NCBI GenBank assembly: GCA_013333105.2 | Contig: JABCPO020000039.1 | Span: 29,354 to 61,353 of the forward strand | Source: Clostridiales bacterium | Lineage (GTDB): Bacteria; Bacillota; Clostridia; TANB77; CAG-508 | Direction: 5' to 3' | DNA: 32,000 nucleotides | In this document: piece by piece, positions 28,508 through 32,000 of the stretch | Position numbering within the stretch: the stretch's first letter is position 1 | How the letters are laid out: every line of letters begins with the position of its first letter | The notes under the pieces: model-generated | What the model saw: only the letters and a program-made list of their open reading frames with translations | What the model was told of the DNA's origin: nothing | Databases searched by the model: none | Translations under genes and position numbers: made by a program

Positions 28508-29749
28508 CTATTTTTTTATTTTACTGCAATGTTTTAACTTAATTTTTCTCTTTTTTGTTAATATCTCTTTTTTTCTTTTCTTTAATATTAAATAATCTAA
28601 AACATCATCTACTATTAATGATATAACTTTTACTGCTGGAACTGCTAAGAACATTCCAAGTGCCCCAAAATATGCTCCACCAATTATTACTGACGCAATT
28701 ATAAGAACCTTATTTATTTCTAATGTTGTACCTAATAATATTGGATTTAAAATATTTGCATCTAATTGTTGTAATACAATAGCTACTATAAGTACTAATA
28801 TTGCTTCTGATAACCCTCCAGTAAATATTGTTATTATTGCTGATAATCCAACTGCAAATATAGCTCCAAAAAATGGTATTAAATTACATAAACCAATTAA
28901 AAATCCTAATGCTACTCCATATTTAACTTTAAATAACATAAATGCTATAGAAATTATAACTCCAACAATAAATCCATCTAATATTTGTATTGTAAAGAAT
29001 TTAAAGAATATATAATTCGCTTCTTCTAAATATTCTTTTGCTTTATTCACTACTTTCTTATCAAAAAACGCTAATAATACTTTCTTTGAAAAACTTAACA
29101 TTCCTTCTTTATACATCAAGAAATATATTGACACTATTAATGTAACTATAATATCAAAAATAGAATTTGCCACTGAAAATACTTTTCCAACTTGAATAAC
29201 AAAGCTAGAAGGATCATCAGATTTAAATATTAAAGAAAATAAATTTATCCCATTTAATTTTGATATTTCAGTTCCTAAGTTAATTGTAGTTCCAAATATT
29301 TTTATTGGATTTTCTATAAGATATTTTTCAGTCATTCTAATATATTCAGGTAAATTATTAATTAACCCCTTTGTTGATGTGTAAATATATGGAATTAACC
29401 AATTAATTACTAAAATTATTATTAAAACTATAAATAAATATACAATTCCTATACTTAATTCTCTTGATTTACTTTTTACAAATTCATTTTTTCTTTTCTT
29501 TAAAAATTCTTCTATCTTACTTACTGGAATAAATAAAATATATGCCATTAATATAGCAAATAATATTGGTTTTATTACATCTATAAATCCAAATATAGAC
29601 GTAAATATATTATTTTCTCCCATCAATATCTTAAACGCAAACATTACTGAAAGAATTAATAAAAATACTTTTATATAAGTTCTGTTAGAAATATCATTTA
29701 TTAAATTTAATTTTCTATTAACTTTAGATTTATTTTTTTTCATAAGCAC
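28508..29749 (-). CDS. AI-2E family transporter (PerM-like permease)
   Basis: 413 aa. Typical C-terminal region GFIVGVIISIAFMLFKVKYGVALGFLIGLCNLIPFFGAIFAVGLSAIITIFTGG...QQLDANILNPILLG. Confidence 0.9.
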   Translation of the reverse strand: MLMKKNKSKVNRKLNLINDISNRTYIKVFLLILSVMFAFKILMGENNIFTSIFGFIDVIKPILFAILMAYILFIPVSKIEEFLKKRKNEFVKSKSRELSIGIVYLFIVLIIILVINWLIPYIYTSTKGLINNLPEYIRMTEKYLIENPIKIFGTTINLGTEISKLNGINLFSLIFKSDDPSSFVIQVGKVFSVANSIFDIIVTLIVSIYFLMYKEGMLSFSKKVLLAFFDKKVVNKAKEYLEEANYIFFKFFTIQILDGFIVGVIISIAFMLFKVKYGVALGFLIGLCNLIPFFGAIFAVGLSAIITIFTGGLSEAILVLIVAIVLQQLDANILNPILLGTTLEINKVLIIASVIIGGAYFGALGMFLAVPAVKVISLIVDDVLDYLILKKRKKEILTKKRKIKLKHCSKIKK

Positions 29750-29756
29750 TCCTATC

Positions 29757-30509
29757 CTAAAATTCTATATCAATAGATACCGGACAATGATCACTTCCAA
29801 ATACTTGATCATGAATCTCTGCATCTTTTAATTTATTCTTTAATACTTCACTAACCACAAAATAATCAATTCTCCATCCTACATTTTTTTCTCTTGCTTT
29901 TCCAAAATATGACCACCATGAGAATTTTTCCTTATCTGGATAAAATACTCTAAAAGTATCCACAAAATTTTCATTTAATAAATTTTGAAACTCTCTTCTT
30001 TCTTCATCTGTAAATCCTGCTGAATTTCTATTTGTTTTATCATTTTTTACATCTAATTCTTTATGAGCTACATTTAAATCACCACATAAAATAACTGGTT
30101 TATTTTTTTCTAACTTTTTTAAATACTTTCTAAATTCATTTTCCCATACGACTCTATACTCTAGTCTTTCCAATTCTCTCTTTGAATTTGGAGTATACAC
30201 GTTCACTAAATAAAACTCATTATATTCTAATGTTAAAACTCTTCCTTCTTTATCATGTTCTTCTATTCCTATTCCTTTACTAACTGATATTGGCTTTATT
30301 TTAGTCCAAACAGCTGTTCCTGAATATCCTTTTCTTTCAGCACTATTTAAATAGACATTATATCCTTCCATTGTTAAATCTAATTGTCCTTCTTGCATCT
30401 TTGTTTCTTGGATACAAAATATATCTGCATTAAAGTTATTAAATATTTCCTTAAAACCTTTTTGATAAACAGCTCTAACACCATTAACATTCCATGATAC
30501 TAATTTCAT
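29757..30509 (-). CDS. xth: Exodeoxyribonuclease III / AP endonuclease
   Basis: 250 aa. MKLVSWNVNGVRA, FCIQETKMQEGQ, YSGTAVWTK, VYTPNSKRELERLEYR, CGDLNVAHKELDVKN, WWSYFGKAREKNVGWRIDYF, GSDHCPVSIDI. Confidence 0.97.
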   Translation of the reverse strand: MKLVSWNVNGVRAVYQKGFKEIFNNFNADIFCIQETKMQEGQLDLTMEGYNVYLNSAERKGYSGTAVWTKIKPISVSKGIGIEEHDKEGRVLTLEYNEFYLVNVYTPNSKRELERLEYRVVWENEFRKYLKKLEKNKPVILCGDLNVAHKELDVKNDKTNRNSAGFTDEERREFQNLLNENFVDTFRVFYPDKEKFSWWSYFGKAREKNVGWRIDYFVVSEVLKNKLKDAEIHDQVFGSDHCPVSIDIEF

Positions 30510-30616
30510 AATTTATCCTCTCTTTTATATTTTAATATATTATAGCATATAGCTATATTTATTAATACTATTAATTTTTTCTTTAATATAAAAATAATTA
30601 TTTATATTTTATAAAA

Positions 30617-30650
30617 AAAGAGATAATTATAAAAATATAATCATCTCTTT
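30617..30650 (-). terminator. Intrinsic terminator downstream of the small YraN-like(?) ORF
   Basis: 15-nt arms aaagagataattata / tataatcatctcttt with one wobble and a 4-nt loop, followed on the minus strand by TTTTTAT. Confidence 0.75.
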
Positions 30651-30685
30651 ATACACATACATTTATTACTATGTAAATTTATAAA

Positions 30686-31084
30686 TTATTTTATGTATTC
30701 ATTATCTTGTAATAAATCTATATTTATTCCTTCATATTCTTTTATAAATATTTTTCCTTTATTTATAAATGCTTCTATTATATCTAAACGATATTCTGAA
30801 TTATATTTTTTCTTTTGCATATACCATTTCATAGTATATAAAACTCGTCTATTCATTAGTGATCTATACCAATTTGATCTCTTACTAAAATCCTTTTCTT
30901 TATTTACTAATAATATTTTAAACACTAATGTATTATCTTCTGGATTTAAAGTAATAAAATCAATATGACCTCTATCACTTAAAAAACTTTTTGCATCAAA
31001 TATAGTTCCTTTTTTAGATAAATATAGATTAACTCCTTGATAAATTAAAAAATGTTCTTTAATTTGATTATCCGGTTTTCTCAT
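30686..31084 (-). CDS. Small protein, possible divergent YraN (UPF0102)-like nuclease fold
   Basis: 132 aa ORF followed by a good terminator. GHIDFITLNPEDNTLVFKILLVN...YRLDIIEAF weakly resembles the GEIDLIA...LVFVEVKTR...FDVV layout of YraN. Confidence 0.4.
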   Translation of the reverse strand: MRKPDNQIKEHFLIYQGVNLYLSKKGTIFDAKSFLSDRGHIDFITLNPEDNTLVFKILLVNKEKDFSKRSNWYRSLMNRRVLYTMKWYMQKKKYNSEYRLDIIEAFINKGKIFIKEYEGINIDLLQDNEYIK

Positions 31085-31344
31085 CTATTCTCCTTTGATT
31101 ATTAAAATTGTATTGATTAAAAATTTTATATGTAAAGATTTTGTTGGATAGATTTAGAGATCTATCTCGAAACAGACGGTATTGAATTAAAATTATTTGA
31201 GTTTTAAAAATTTTGGTATGATTAAAATTAATATCTTTCACATATAAATATGAAACTTTATCGTTCCACAATTATATTATACCACTTTTCTAGAATTTGT
31301 CAAATTATGTAAAGTTGTTTTTAGAAAATTTTTATTAATTAAAA

Positions 31345-31370
31345 AAACCAGATGATAATTCACCTGGTTT
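31345..31370 (-). terminator. Strong intrinsic terminator downstream of the lysozyme-domain gene
   Basis: Minus strand AAACCAGGTGA-ATTA-TCATCTGGTTT followed by T-rich tail, immediately after the stop at 31374. Confidence 0.88.
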
Positions 31371-31373
31371 AAT

Positions 31374-32000
31374 TTATTCTCCTCCATACATAAAATCTGA
31401 ATCTAACTTACTTTCATCAGGTTCTATATTATCAGAATTATATTTTTGATTAAACATTTCTGCATCTTCTCTTAATTGATCTAATTTTGTTTGTCCGTCA
31501 CTTAACGATACTCCTTCAAAATGTAATGACCAACTCTTAGCAGCTTCAAACGGATCAGTTTCTGATCCCACAATACTTTTTACATCTTTTTTAATACCTT
31601 TACTACTCAACTCATAATCTAATAATTTCATTTGATTTTCATATGTTAATGTACTTACATCTCCAGCTACTATAGAACCTTCTGAAGTAATACGATTTCC
31701 ATTAACATCATTTGAGAAACCTGACCATTGAAACAGTCCTGCTACTCCTCCACCTAAATTTTGAGCATCTAATTGGAAACTACTTTCTCTTTTAACAACT
31801 GCTAATATTCCTGAAGCTGCTGCCCCTGAAAATCCTAAATCATTTGTTAAATGATCAAATAATTTTTGTTCAACATCATTAGGATCTTCTAAATCAGAAC
31901 TTGATCCATTTGATTGTCCATTATAACTATTATTATCTGTATCAGATTGTGATTTCTTTTCTTTATTAGTATCATTTTGCTCTCTTGTATGACTTCTTTT
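31374..32000 (-). CDS. Tail-tip-lysozyme-domain protein (partial; continues past the right edge)
   Basis: Open minus-strand frame to the window end, longer than the track ORF 31374-31631: ...VEQKLFDHLTNDLGFSGAAASGILAVVKRESSFQLDAQNLGGGVAGLFQWSGFSNDVNG...YENQMKLLDYELSS..., resembling phage tail-tip lysozyme / conjugative cell-wall hydrolase domains. Confidence 0.75.
   Translation of the reverse strand, partial: KRSHTREQNDTNKEKKSQSDTDNNSYNGQSNGSSSDLEDPNDVEQKLFDHLTNDLGFSGAAASGILAVVKRESSFQLDAQNLGGGVAGLFQWSGFSNDVNGNRITSEGSIVAGDVSTLTYENQMKLLDYELSSKGIKKDVKSIVGSETDPFEAAKSWSLHFEGVSLSDGQTKLDQLREDAEMFNQKYNSDNIEPDESKLDSDFMYGGE

Noticed and set aside
30541-30620. A/T-rich repeated-looking stretches before the small ORF terminator
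   Set aside because: Compositional A/T runs, with no regular repeat-spacer pattern; not a CRISPR array.
31068-31271. Minus-strand 67-aa ORF
   Set aside because: Overlaps the start of the 30686-31084 ORF, no ribosome-binding site or family signal identified; probably spurious.

Overview
This is an AT-rich, Firmicutes-like chromosomal segment (taxonomy is my inference). Almost all genes are on the minus strand. From left to right it contains: the 5' part of rny (RNase Y, running off the left edge); two plus-strand genes for a heterodimeric ABC exporter; a convergent minus-strand cluster of four genes (CooC-like P-loop ATPase, Y4yA-like PLP decarboxylase-fold enzyme, cysteine-synthase-fold protein fused to a rhodanese domain, class-V aminotransferase/NifS-like protein); dnaE; truA; a strong 6S RNA candidate; polA; ruvB and a YigZ/IMPACT gene, each broken by one extra base; pdp; rnhB; a tight putative operon (241-aa unknown protein, VirD4/TraG-like coupling ATPase, SbcD/YhaO-like nuclease, SbcC/YhaN-like membrane-spanning ATPase); a DUF368 protein; an AI-2E family permease; exonuclease III (xth); a possible degenerate YraN-like small protein; and the C-terminal part of a tail-tip-lysozyme-domain protein running off the right edge. 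The best candidates for something undescribed are (1) the sulfur/PLP + CooC-like cluster at 4692-10015 and (2) the VirD4 + YhaO/YhaN operon at 21478-27307. No CRISPR array, tRNA or transposase was recognised. All calls come from reading the sequence and motifs; no database search was run.
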